Shown: positions 1 through 13,659 of the stretch, in pieces | Position numbering within the stretch: the stretch's first letter is position 1 | How the letters are laid out: every line of letters starts with the position of its first letter | Source of the DNA: Trichoplax sp. H2 | Lineage: Eukaryota | Reading direction: 5' to 3' | Assembly: GCA_003344405.1 (NCBI GenBank) | Contig: NOWV01000153.1 | Coordinates: 62,001-126,000 of the forward strand | DNA: 64,000 nucleotides | Made by a program: the position numbers and the translations under genes | Notes under the pieces: generated by a model | Told to the model about the DNA's origin: nothing | Seen by the model: only the letters and a program-made list of their open reading frames with translations | The model's database searches: none

Positions 1-3000
1 AATCAAAGCATTGGTTGAAAGTTGAAATTTAAAATAAACTTTGGGTTAACAAGTCTTTTCGATCGCAATTGATAATAATATTTATGTACGCTATCTCTCT
101 ATGGCAGGCGGAAAATTTGAAAATGGCCAAAATGACTTTATTCATCGACAACAGAGAGGGAATATTTCTACTTGAACTATAGCCACAAGTCTTATTACTT
201 TTACTAAATGAAGCTAGCATAATTTTTTAGAATTTTCTATTTGGCAGAGCGCTAGATCAACAAAGCCATACGTTCATCATTCTACAACAACTGGTATACT
301 CTGCTATTTTGGGATAAACAAGGCTAAAATTCCCTTTTGATTAGGACATCGACAAACTTTAGCCTACGTCATATTGCCAGTTCTTATAGCTAGTGCAGAG
401 TCAGCATCATTCATGAACATTCCTATTAAATATGGTGACGTAATATAAAGCATACGCGTACGTTTAGATATAATTTTCTATGTATAAAGGAGGTAAAATG
501 AATTAGTGCTATTGTAAATTCGCATATTAGGTACCGATAGGGTATGCGAACACTTTCATGAATCTCTATAATAATACTATCGAGATACAGTCAATAATAC
601 CATCCTATGTAGGCCAGATTTTACTGCATGGACTAGATACTTTATTGAGTTTGCAAAATGTAAAGTACCGTATTGTAGACTCTACTTAACTGAAGCAAGA
701 GCATCGCTTTATATTCTACTAATACGATTATAGCTGCTTCACAGTACTGTGAAAGTAAAGGAATTATGACTTGTAGTTACTGATGAAATATAGATACGTA
801 ATTATATTGCCGCCTAAATATAAGTACTAATCGCAATACTGGCCATTAAAATGATATTGCACATAATATAATAAATTTCTTTCAAGAACCGTGTAGTATT
901 GATTGAGACTAGTATCATGGTGTCTGACTTTTTATTTAAATATTCGCACGATGATCAAGATCACTTAGTCGGTCTCAAAGCATTTTCCTTTGTATTAACA
1001 GAAAAAGTATTTTTCTAGCAATGAATCAGGAAAATTGAAACGAGTCGATTTTTTTGCATAGCATTAGAATAATTCAACTGGCTTTAAAAATCCAGACAAT
1101 GCACGTAACAGACTAAACACTATCTTTCTTTTTCTTAGAAACTACTAGCATACCTTAGAAATAAAATTACATCGAATTAGAAAATAATTACATATAATAG
1201 CCCAGAATAAATTAAAACAATGCAGATTGATATGTGGCGATTTATAAAGGATTGGCATTCTTCGTTATTCATGATATATTTATCGGATATCCAATGACAT
1301 AGTGACCTAAAATACGATATTGAAAATATTAGAATTAAGGTATTTCTAAAAGTTATTCCTCTAATAATTCATCAAGCGACGATGATGAGAGTCGAAATGT
1401 GTCTTGCATTCTGAACGTATTTTATAAAGACATTTTCTTCTTTAATCTTAAATGTCTGTACATATTTAATAACCATGGAACAAATATCAAACATCTAGTA
1501 TTGTGAACAATTGCATAAGCTAATGAATTAAAATTGGTTACAATGAGACACATTTTGATATCAAATTGAAATATCTACAGAAACAAAGCTGATAAAAATC
1601 TAAGTATGTCTTGATATTAGCTAAGAACATGTGTGACCAAAATATAAGGTAAAAGCTGCTGCAGAGCCAATCCTTGACTTTCTTATCTTTGTTTTCTTAG
1701 TCACGTATATTACCAATATGCTAATACAAATTATAAATTAGTGCATGAAAGTAATTGAATATTATGTGAGCTATGATAATGTTGCGAGTTTTGATTCTTG
1801 ATAGCTTACCAGAAACGATGCACATTTAGAATTGCATCTGAAAATTAATACAATATATCAAAATCTAAAAAAGAATTTGCAACACGAGCAACTTCTAGCT
1901 TTGACGATTGTCTGCGTATGCTACTGCAATTCCCGAATAGTTTTCGGCATTCTTAATGCCTAAACCTTTAAGCAACCATTCCATTAACTTACCGATACTT
2001 GATGTTATAGCAAATCATATTGCAGACAAATAAAAAGAATGCAAAGTAAGATGCGAGTGCAGCAATATCTTAATTATCGAAAGACTAACTCATAACTAGA
2101 CATCATGTTATTCGAAATCATGGTATAACTTCGTCGAAATACTGAGCGTGAAGCTACCGTTAGTGATTGTTCTCACTTAATTCCATAAGCAAATGGCGTT
2201 GAAGACATAAGTACATCTCGCTACAGATATTTTAAATGTTATAAAATAAAATTAATAAAAATCTGCAACATGCAATTTATGATTCAACTTCAGCTGTGCA
2301 TATTACACATGTCCGTTTGCATAATTATTAGAATTATTGACCGTAATGAAGACGGATCTTGTCTTATTTAAAGGTAAATGTTAAGTATACAGCCCAACTT
2401 TTCTATTATTTTATATAAGTGATAAAATAATAGCATAAAGTTGCAATCTACAACCCTAATACACGAGAGTTTGAAACATATTGCTATAGATACATAAAGC
2501 CTAAGTTTCTATTGTAAAGGTTTTGTCCATTCTTTAGCATTGACGATATTTTTCATTCAATGCTCTCTCTTTATTTATATTTAAATTATATTCAATTTCA
2601 GCATGAGTGATTTGTTATTTGCAATTATAATAGACTAGAAATTCATCATTTTAATTGTCCGACGTTTCTATTTTATTAAACAATGCTTTTTCTTTTATTC
2701 TACAAGTTTTACAATCAGTTATTTGATAAAAGTTTCATATCATTGATTTTAAGCTTCTCCAAAACAAGTAGATCATCAAGATAAAGTAACTATTCTTACA
2801 ATTAACGGAGCATAATTTTCTATATATTTCTATTAAAACCATAGTAAAAATACTGATTGATAAGATTCGTCGGTAAACGATTTACCTAATTATTTGGTTT
2901 TATTAATTATATGCGTATTTTCAGTAGAAATTATTGTTAAAGGCTCCATTAAAGTTGTAATCAAGTTTCGTCTCAAGTAAGTATACCAACAATTATTTCA

Positions 3001-3014
3001 TCATCCTTTCATAG

Positions 3015-3752
3015 TGTAGTGTATTTAGAATATACTGTTACTATATTCTACTCTTAAATATAGACATGTTGTATTGCTCTTATATTTAGACAGATCTACA
3101 GTCCGCTCACTCTACATTCATATATAGACTACTATATTTAGTTATTACAGTACTCGCTGTCTTCTACAATCATCTGCTATTTTGTAACCTGTTATGGTAT
3201 ATGTTTGTCACAAATCTCCTCTGCGACACTTGTACTATCAAGGCTAGCAACTACTAACCTACTTACTGTCACTGACTATTCTTCAAACTAACTCTTGATG
3301 AATAGTACAGACTAAGACTAACTTTCTTAATCACAGTGAGAGACTATTTGATAGCGTTTAGAGTTACTTTATTATTTATCAGCTCAGATCACTAACTAGA
3401 TCAACTGTAAAAAACTCTCTATGTGTTTGGGCCGTGACCCTTTATATATCTTTCCTGTGTTTTGCTGGCGCACGGTTATTCTTTGCACGTGCTCTATCTT
3501 TAAAACTATAAATACCGGCGATTTCTACGTCAGAGTTCATTAGCCTCTCTGTTAGTCTTCTATTTAGTCTCTCACAGTCTAATACTTCTACTCGTTACTC
3601 ACGACAGCTTGCACGCTGATCTACCGTAGCTACCTCACTGTACTTCAAATTACTAACCTACAATAAAGCATAACCTTCATAAAGCCTTTGTTGTAATAAT
3701 TGTAAATGGCGACTAAATCTCAATCCTCTGAGATATCGAATCCTCCATCACA
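3015..3752 (+). mobile_element. Solo LTR (738 bp) of an LTR retrotransposon
   Basis: Begins TGTAGTG and ends CATCACA (TG...CA termini, imperfect inverted repeat). Flanked by a perfect 5-bp target-site duplication CATAG (3010-3014 and 3753-3757). Internal TATAAATA (3507-3514) and AATAAA (3662-3667) lie in U3-R-U5 order. Confidence 0.8.
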
Positions 3753-6700
3753 CATAGTAATCGCAAGAGCTCAGCATCTATCTAAATGATCGAAACAACT
3801 AAGTTGGAATCTTTTCGTTTTCAACTTGATAATTGATTGTTCTTTCAGTTTGCTTTAAATCAGATTAAATCATTATAGATATATCATACATTTAATGATA
3901 TTTATTTAAATTCTTATTATCAATGCGGAATTTAGCATATCTTTTCGATACAAAAAAGAAGCATCTAGATTCAATTCAAATCGAAAAGGGCACTATCTCT
4001 AAAATTAGGATTTAACTCTTCCTAATCGTTATAAATCAATCAATAAAAATTCATTTTTACTACTTATTATTAAGAGTAAATCATTTTCTTTCTTCATATC
4101 TTCAATTTCTGATAAATTTCATTAATTATGAGAAATTTAATCAAAAAATTGTTAAACAATGTTATAATCTACCTTTTACATTCTATATGAAAAAAAAGTT
4201 GTTTCTATAATTTGACTTCAGCTTATTCTATCTAGTACAGACCCGCTTACCTCAACTTTCAATCTCAATTTGGAATGATCTTATTCTAGCAGCAATCCAC
4301 AATCCGTGAATACGCGCATAATTACCGTACTTTCGACTTTGGCTGTTATCTACGTTGGGCTACCAACATTCATTTTGTGTTTAGTTAAGTCCTATCATAG
4401 TATAAACTCTAGCGCTAGAAATTCTCAGAAATACTGAATGATATTGAAATTATTACTTATTGTCAGGTTCAAGTATTTATGCTTTACAGTATATCAAAAA
4501 AGTGATTAATTTCTATGATATTGTATCTCTATTGAAAGAATTGGAATTAATGAAATTGATGTCAAAAGCCTTAACTTGATTAAAAACATTGATCAAGAAT
4601 GTTATAGCAACCATCAAAGAGGAGATTTTTTAAAATCATAACATATACATGCAGAATCAATTTTTGATTAATGATAATCTAACCGGTAGTTTGCGTAATT
4701 AGCGGGTGTAGAAATGGCACGAAGAGTTCATCGTTTCTTTTCATTGGTACTTAAATTATAACTCGCATCTATGGCCTCTAATGATCGATATCTTTCTCTA
4801 GCTGTCATACTATCGGACCAACGAAATCAATTATTTATGCAGTTTAATATGTGGTTTACAGTATTAGAAAATGATTACTAATTCCGCTTTTATAAAACAA
4901 TTATTATTCTATAACCTATTATAATTATTAGATTATTAAGATAATTCTGTATTAATAACGTAACTTATTACAGAAACGATTTACTTATCGGCAATTATTT
5001 AATACATTATCATTCAAGAAATACCTTTACTAAAATTAAATTCATTGACAAATCTCGAATCTTTCCCCTAGCTGTCTTTTAAAAATATCATTTCCATAAT
5101 CGAAGATGACAAGTTAAGGGTTCATTTTTATTATTTATCGGTAGCCAGCATGCTGTAGGAGATGACAATACACAAAATCATCCTGCAATAAACTTGAATA
5201 AGTTAATGCAAAGTTTCGATATCACCGGCGTATTTTTAAATTTACTATTTCAATGAGCTTATGATGATAAACTAGACGTAGTGAATATTATATTTTCCTG
5301 AATTATAAACAAAGATAGAACAATAGAATGCAAGGGCATTGGTCCAAAATCAATCAACTCCTCTTCAATTAATTATTGCATTTGTAAAAGCGAAAGACTA
5401 ATAGATCTTGATTAGGTTCCACTTTATCATTGAACAATACGTGTGCTATACGCAAAATTTATCTTATAAATGTCTCAGGGATGGCATATTAAAAATTAAA
5501 CAGGTTTTAATTAACCGTTGATCATTCCAGGTAATTTCGGCATCAGTCAAATAGTAATTTCATCTATAATTTCAAAAAACTTCCTAAAATTTCGAATAAA
5601 TGAAGTTAGCCTTCAGACAAGTATTTCAGTAGAACCAAAGGACAACATTTCTATTTGTGATGCAAATGAGAAAAGTGTGTACTGTATGTTTAAAATACTT
5701 CAAGACTCGGCTCAAAATAGTTATCCTCCGTTGCTATAAATTGACCTTCAAAGTCAATATCAAAAGTTGCTTTGGTTAATATTCAGTATTTCCTCTTCTA
5801 GCCTAAAATTAATTTATTTGTGAGGCAATAGTCAATAGGAAGTAGTTGGCCATGACCTCCTTTCTTAATCTCCCCTAAATCCAGAGGAAATTACTTGGCT
5901 GACATTTATCAACATTTGCGAATCGTTCTCACCAGCGACACTTATTTATAATTAAAATCTGTATCTATCGGTTAAATTTTAAAATATTATAACATCAAGT
6001 AAAAAAGAAAAGAACTAAACTAAATATGAGTTGCAAAAACATTCAAGAGATATGCGTGCTGCATCTTACAAAGTAAACTTTTACTTTAACTGCTTGTAAG
6101 CCTAAGCAAGGCCTAGCGCATATCGTAACTTGAAGTTACCACATATACGTGTAAGCTTCGCCAAATCATAATATTCTAAATTATGTATCATGGTTCTTAA
6201 TACTATAATATAAACAGCATGCCGAAAATTAGAACTATGAATAAAAGCATCTTGATTTACTTTTCTGATCTTAATTTTTGATAAGGCCATATTTTAGTTT
6301 CACGCTGGGAAAGGATAAAATGTCAGTTAAACATAGACTCCTGACTAATAATAAATTAACATATCCGCCTGGAATTAATGCTTTCCTTAAAATTATCATA
6401 GATATACTGTACCGATGACTTTATCAACTCGAGCGTAAAGGTGTTAGATTGGTGTAACTTCACTCGAATAGTTGTGTAATTAACATAAAATTCATACTAA
6501 ATTATGTGATAGCATACAATAAACTATCTAACATGGTTAAAATTCGCTAATACTTTCAAAGTTCTATCTATTGGTAGCATATATATCAGATTTAGGCCTA
6601 GTAGTAACACCAAATTCACAGAAATTTGAGTTTAGTTTAGAAGAATCAAAATTAGAGAAATAGTCCAATTTGATTATGTTGCATACAAGTCCTTACTAAT

Positions 6701-9700
6701 TAATTCATACTAAATATAGTAGTATGAAATGAGGGTACCAGAGGGAATTTAAATGGCAATCTTTATTTCACTAATACTCGTATTGTACAATTATTAGAAA
6801 TTCAGTTTGTAATTTAAATGCATGTTATATAATAGAGTCTGGAATTAGAAATTGCTTCAATAACAAAAAAAGGTTAAAAGTTATTCCCTTATTTTAAAAT
6901 GTAAGGGTGGCACATTTTGATATATTTACTAAAGCACAATAATCAAAATTGATTAAAACTTACATTGAAAGATAAAATAGAATTTATGCCTCAATTTTAA
7001 GATAAATAGTATATAAGTAATTATCAAGGTTGATTTAAATTTACAGTTAGGATTTAGTGGAGATTCTCAAGTTTATAACAGAGCAAATTGGTACTTTGAA
7101 AATTCAATAGAAATTTTGGATATAGCATTTATACAGTATCAGCTTTAGACTACAAGTATTCGTATAGATAGATAACGAGTTAATAATTAATTTTAAAGGC
7201 GAGGGCTATAATGAAATTATTTCATATCTTAAAGTTCTGGATATCTAGTTAACTATTTCAAATATAAACTGATAAAAGCTGTAATAAACGCATCAATATA
7301 AATTAATGTTGAAATACTAATTATAATGGAATGTCAATTTCAATGTGTTCAATTGCGTCCGTGACATTTTCTATTATTAACTTCAGCCACGTTATCCATT
7401 ACAGGCTTTACTTACTTAATTATATAAATATTACCCTCGAGTTGGCTAGAAATCATATCTCCAGCTTTAATTTAATGAAATGGAAAAATAATTCATAATT
7501 CAATTAGTCCAAACGATTATTTAACCGTAAATATATTATAATACTGAAGTGAAATCAACAAAGTCGATCAAATAGAATTTCAAACTTAAATGAGGCATAT
7601 TCTTAACCGTTTGAATGAAAATCTTTGACCTGCTTTTATTTTATTATAATCCTTGATCGATGATCATTCCAAGAAATTTGATCATTATTTGTATTTTTAT
7701 TCCGCCAAAATAATTTTAGCAAGATTTTGTTGAACGTAATGAAGAGAATATACTAAGTCATGCATATCGATTTGCCATTTCAAATGTTATAATAGTCTAT
7801 CTCTTTAGGATGTTGGTCCACATGCCTACTGAACTGAGTATAATGCGCTATTAAGACAGGAGAATAAGATCTTATAAAAATTTATCATGTCTCCCTTTTA
7901 CCCCATAAATTTATTATTATACCAACCCTAAATTATTCCACAAAGATAGAAATTGCTTGATGCAAAAGAATAATACAAAGATTGAAATATCGAAAAAGTA
8001 TTAATCACGTTTCCGATAAGAGTTTAAATTGTATAGTACGTTTTATTAAATGCCTTCTATTCTTATATGAATAACGATAGTCACTTGCCAACAAAATGCT
8101 ACCGGCTGACATTTCCTCTTATTCTTACTGTTAACATAATTAATAACTATTTAATCTACCGCATTTAACAGATTTTGTAGTCAGGTATACGTCCGTAGAT
8201 ATTATCTAGAGTTAATTCTGTATGGCAAGTGAACACAGTAGACAATGTACGTTCCAAGCCTGTATAATTAATAAAGTTAATTTATTTACTATCCTTACGG
8301 ATATATTCATCGTCGCTCAATCTCATTGTTCTGATGTTTTTTTTACTCTCAAATAACAGACAATGCTGAAATTAAATGCAATATTTACTTGTTTTATTTC
8401 AATAATATTTATGATGACCCTGTTTCATTTATTTCGATATGAAACTTGCTCATGTTCGTGATGAAGCAATAACTATTAATACTCAGATACTCTTATTTCT
8501 ATTTACTTTCTACAAGATCTTTCCATTACCATGATATCTAGACGGTAATCATTTTATGGGAATATTAGTACTACGTTAGAGATTTTACGTAGGATGAAAT
8601 TATTCATTATATTAATCTTAAATTGTTTTCTTAAACAAATACAAAGTCTAGCTTGATCAATTTTTTTGACTGAGATTCTTTATACGTTTAATAGAGACAA
8701 TGAGTAACGTTCAAACTTTATCTGATGATTTTTTAACATCTTTTAATTGAAATCCGTGATGATAATGGAAGAGTACTACTTATTTCAAATCTTAAGAGTA
8801 ATATCGATGAATTCAGATTTCTGATATACTGGGATAGTCTTCTAGAATTTCTCAATTTCTTCCCTTGCAGTGATTATTGTATCGCATTAAAGCAAAAAAA
8901 ATTGAATGTATGGACGAGATTTCTTGGACTAGGTTCCGTGAATCGAATGGTAAGTACCACAGTTTTATCAGATTTTTTCTAAGCTTTCTTAATTACTTCT
9001 ATTTAGTATATTATTCACTAGAATACTTCCTTATCAAAATAGTATTTGTTGAATTAATTGCCCTTAGAAAGTTCACAAAAGAACTCTTTTGATTATACTC
9101 AGGTTTATACCTACAAGGAAGCGTACTGACTTGAAATTAATCGCCCTTTTTATTGTGAACATGGCTAGCGATAACGATGAAATAATCTTTTGATTAGTAG
9201 GAACTGTTTTAAAATGCACATGCGTCCGATTATGTTATTGAAAGGGATCTTAAGCGTATTAGTATAATAAATAAACCTAAATATTTTGTTGGAGAGAGAT
9301 ATTACAATTAATCTTGGTTAAATGTTAGATAAATTTCAAGTTACAAATTGCTAAAATAAACAGAGCTCAAAAATTATTAAATATGTCTCTATATTGCTCG
9401 AATTGGAGGAGCAATTGAAGAAGCTTAAGCGGCATTACTGTTAGCTATAGATCAGTTTTCTTCTATCCTGATCAAGAATTGATTATAATATTCGCACGGA
9501 GGCTATGCTTACCTAAGCTAAAGGTTTATAACACATATTGTACAAATCCTTATTTTATAAATTAAAGACATTTTTGTAATCGTAATTATTGACAAAAATT
9601 AGAAAGATCGTTACTATTACGAGCATAAATGGTAATAAATGTATCATAGTAACGCTAACAATTCAATAAATTAAGAAATTTTTAATTCTATTTTCGACTC

Positions 9701-12700
9701 AAATTTGTTATTGATTTTCAATCAGTGATGCCGTAAAATTTCATTTAGTTCTCAATTTTATGGAACTTACTTTAGAAATTGTTAAAACCCATAGGAACAA
9801 AATTATAGCCACCCATTGATGAGTGATTATGTTATCAGTTTTTTGGTGACTGCCTTTAAAATTTTGAAGAAAGAGAAGTTTTCGACCTAACATTGAGTAT
9901 AGTTGATTTCTGGCGGCAAGTACTGTTTTCAGCATTTAACATACAATTGTAATTGAGAAGATAAACACACTTTTACCTTAAGTCATGCCACTTGTGAGGA
10001 GATTACTAAAAAGATCTTACTGCGATAACAGTGTCAGAGGGTTTATTCAGTGACTTTTTAGTAAAAATCACGATCTAAAAGTGTGAAAATATGGAACACC
10101 ATTGCTATAATGGTTATAATTCATAAACAGATTATAAACGTTGTATCCTTCTGCTGTCTAATTTGTTTGTCTATCTCAATGGCATGATTTCGCTTCATGT
10201 AAGCTTTTCTTTCTATCTAAATTAAAATTGAGTAAATTTACTTAAGTTAATCCTTTACACGTAAATTAAAATTTAAGGCAACTGGTTTCAAGGGTTTCAA
10301 ATCAAATAGTCTGATCTCGACATTTCCATTAATACTTGAAATATATATATATTAATGCATTCATCAGCTAAAGTTATAAATTTATTGATACGATAATATA
10401 TACCGAAAACAGAAATGTTACTCTTATGTACGCATATCTGCCAAAAAGTAAAGCCATGCAGCCTAAATTCGAAACAATTTCTAATTAGTTAATTGTAATT
10501 GGAATAGCTGATAGTAAGGTGCAACAGTAATTGCTTCTTAACTTCTAAATTTTGGGGCAGGCCTTTTAACAAGTTAGGATTAACAGGCTAGCTAGCTGTA
10601 GTAAACATCGGTAGCCATTTAAACGAAGCTAATCAACGGCTTTAGATCTATGCTGTATGCAAAAAGATTCCAGATAGATAGTTGTCTCAGATGAAATAGA
10701 GTAAAATAACCTATTAATAATTAAGAAAGTACGTGCATAATAGCGTTCATATAAGTCTATTAAAACAATTTACAATAGAGCACATGGCCTTTTACAACTG
10801 CTAATTTAATCTCTGTAAAAGCCTCAAACACTATGTTGTGCACCTTCAGAAATAGTTTTATCCTAGAATTGATTCCTTTTTTCGACGTCGTTTTGGCAAA
10901 GACATAGTATATCATTGTCGATCAATTCAAATTACAGAAAATATAATTTTGAAACCTACATCATAGATTTTTATACTCTCAATGGAAAATCATTTATTGA
11001 CAATTGCAATGCAAATACTAATTACATGATATTTCTCCTCGAAGCATTTTTATAAAATCGTCGACTATTAGGCGATGCATGTTATGTAAGATACCTAATT
11101 TCAAAACACTATAGACTAAAATGAACAATGGCTGTATCTTTAAAATCGCAACTTTACCCTAGTAGCCAACAAAAATCCAGTAATAAGCTAAAAATTTGCA
11201 GATTTTAAATCATTGATAAGATTAATGTTAAATTTTTAGTATCTGAAACTATGTAACAATTAGAATAAATGCAATATATTCTTGGCTAGTATTTATTCAT
11301 GGCTAAGTGTGCAAACTATTCTATATAAATCTTTATATCGATCTATAGTCAAATCTACGTGCAAGTTCTCTTTAGTTCAATAATCAGCAAACGGATCCAT
11401 TTTTTCGGTTAGAAGCAACTACACTACTAGCATCTCCTTGCTAATCGGTGTAGTTGCACCACTTTGGTGAAGAAACATTAAATTCATAGTTTAATGGCCT
11501 TGTACTCTTTCACAGAAAACGATTTATTCATTGAATCGTTTCAATTTTTTAATTCAATAAATTTAGTAGATTAACATTTTACGGAATCCGAGTACCTCAT
11601 TAATAATCAGAAACATTCATTCATCATTTTTTAGAAGCTATTTCTAGTTAAAGCTTCTTTATGACCTATAAGATAGACTATTCTTCAGCATCAATCATAC
11701 CATGATGGAAGAAAATACTGCCTTCTTTCCATCTCCCTTTGCATACTCTATTTGCAATCACGTGATAGTAAATGATGCAAAATAAAGAGAGGACTTTGAT
11801 CGGATGTTTTGAGTAAAGGAAAGTTAAGACTCCTTTTATACATAGATTAACAGAATTTCCGACGATAATGACGATAATCTAGCACATTCAAGTTAGAAAT
11901 GAGATGGGGAGACAACCGAATTAAGATCAACCAATTTATCTCATGATCTCACCACTAAATTAGTATAGTATTTACTCGGTTACGTAGATAAGGTGTGGTA
12001 TTGAATATGGCGATAATAGAAAAGTGTTTCATTGCCGTTAGTATAACAATAAGGATAATTATGGTAGTTTAACATTATCATACCAATTTACACATCCGGA
12101 TAATCTTTATTTCTCTCCATCTTTATTTTCTTTACAATCATTATCGATACAATACTCATCGATCGACAATCTCGATCTAAATATACATCTATCTAGTTAT
12201 AGATAGCATACAACGCTTTCAAGGAAGAGAATGACGATCAAGTAAATTTGAAATGTATTAACAGGAAAGGGCCAATTGAAGAAGAGCAGAATGATAAAAT
12301 AGACCATACGGATCTAAAGCTGACCATCAAGTCGTATTAGAAGAGATTAAAATAAAAGTTAATTTACACCATTAGCAGATAAATCAATCGATCAATTTAA
12401 TCAGAGTCTAACAATTGTTTCCATATTGTCAATCAAACCTTAATTCAATAGTCTCGGTGAAAAGACGACAAAAGAGATTTAAGCGCCCCATGTTTGATAC
12501 AGCTAATGTCTGGAAAATTATAGTTGATTTAACTCATTCATAGACACGTGCCTATGACCCTATTGGTTGGTTAATACCAAGTCTACGTGCTATGTTAATT
12601 AATAATAATAGTCTGAAGGAAAAAATTAACAGATATTAACTCTAGTAAGGGTGCTTAGATGTGCTAACAGTCATTTCCACATACTCTGCAGTGTAGGCTG

Positions 12701-13627
12701 ATTAGCTGCCATTCATTCCAAACAGCAACGGTAAGTAGCTTTCATTTAATTTGAGAATTTGAGTTGATGGAGCCGATCGATTAGGAACTAGGCGCGTAAA
12801 CTGAAATATTGTCCCACTATCTTGTTCTGTACAGAGTAATCGATCCAATTTGCAGCAAATAAGGAAAAAATGGAAGCCTATCGATGCTGATTCACTTAGC
12901 TGCAAGTAAAGTATATTTTAAAGCATTTAGTAAAACTTTATTTCCTATTCGAATAGTGAAATAAGAAATACTGACAAATACAGAGTTGTCAATTGCTAGA
13001 CAGGTAAGATGCCTTCCATCATTGAGTTACGTCAGAGAGATTGAATCATTGTCTTTTTTATTCACCTGTCATAAAATGCCTTCCATGGGTGATGTTGAAC
13101 GAGATTCAATTCAATTCATTTCTATTCAACTTAGCCTGTCCATCCTTCCTCCAACTACGATATAAATGTCTTCAGCCAATTGATTAAACATAGTCACGTT
13201 ACCGCTTGACTGTGCAGGATTTATCGATAACTTCTTTATTTAATCATTAGCCAAGGTATATCTTCCACTTTATTCTACGTGAACGTCAGTAAAAATAAAA
13301 TGTATTGTATGGTGTAATTCAATAGCCAGACTACCACCAGTGCTTTTAGTAATGATCGATTGGCATTATTTTTCCTAGGTGAATGCCAGCTATCCATCCA
13401 TGGCCAAGATATAAATATCTTCAATGAACTCAGATAGTACCGTGTACTGCGTTTGATATTTCGTCATCGTTTACATATAACGATATCAAGGGTTCTGCTA
13501 TCAACAAGAAGTGAATAATCCATCAAAAATTGCTGACATTGGAGTTAGAGGATTAATTAACATCTCTGTCTTGCAAATTACTCATCGGCAATTATAAAAG
13601 GTTCAAGCTGTCTTACAAACACTCAGT

Positions 13628-13659
13628 ATGGATAACGTAGATGACACATCACCATCAAG
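13628..13659 (+). CDS. Probable short first coding exon of the bHLH-PAS gene (MDNVDDTSPS + phase-2 intron)
   Basis: ATG at 13628 and donor AG|GTAAAT at 13660. The phase-2 junction joins in frame to acceptor TTTAG|TTCGAAAATG at 23790, giving MDNVDDTSPSSSKMSKKER... Acceptor TTTTCCTAG at 13378 and a further candidate UTR exon at 12692-12730 (CTGCAG / GTAAGT). HIF-alpha genes have a similar short first exon with a phase-2 intron before the bHLH. Confidence 0.5.

Noticed and set aside
99-182. Possible terminal exon of an upstream gene
   Set aside because: Two short frames are open but neither is recognisable, so evidence is insufficient.
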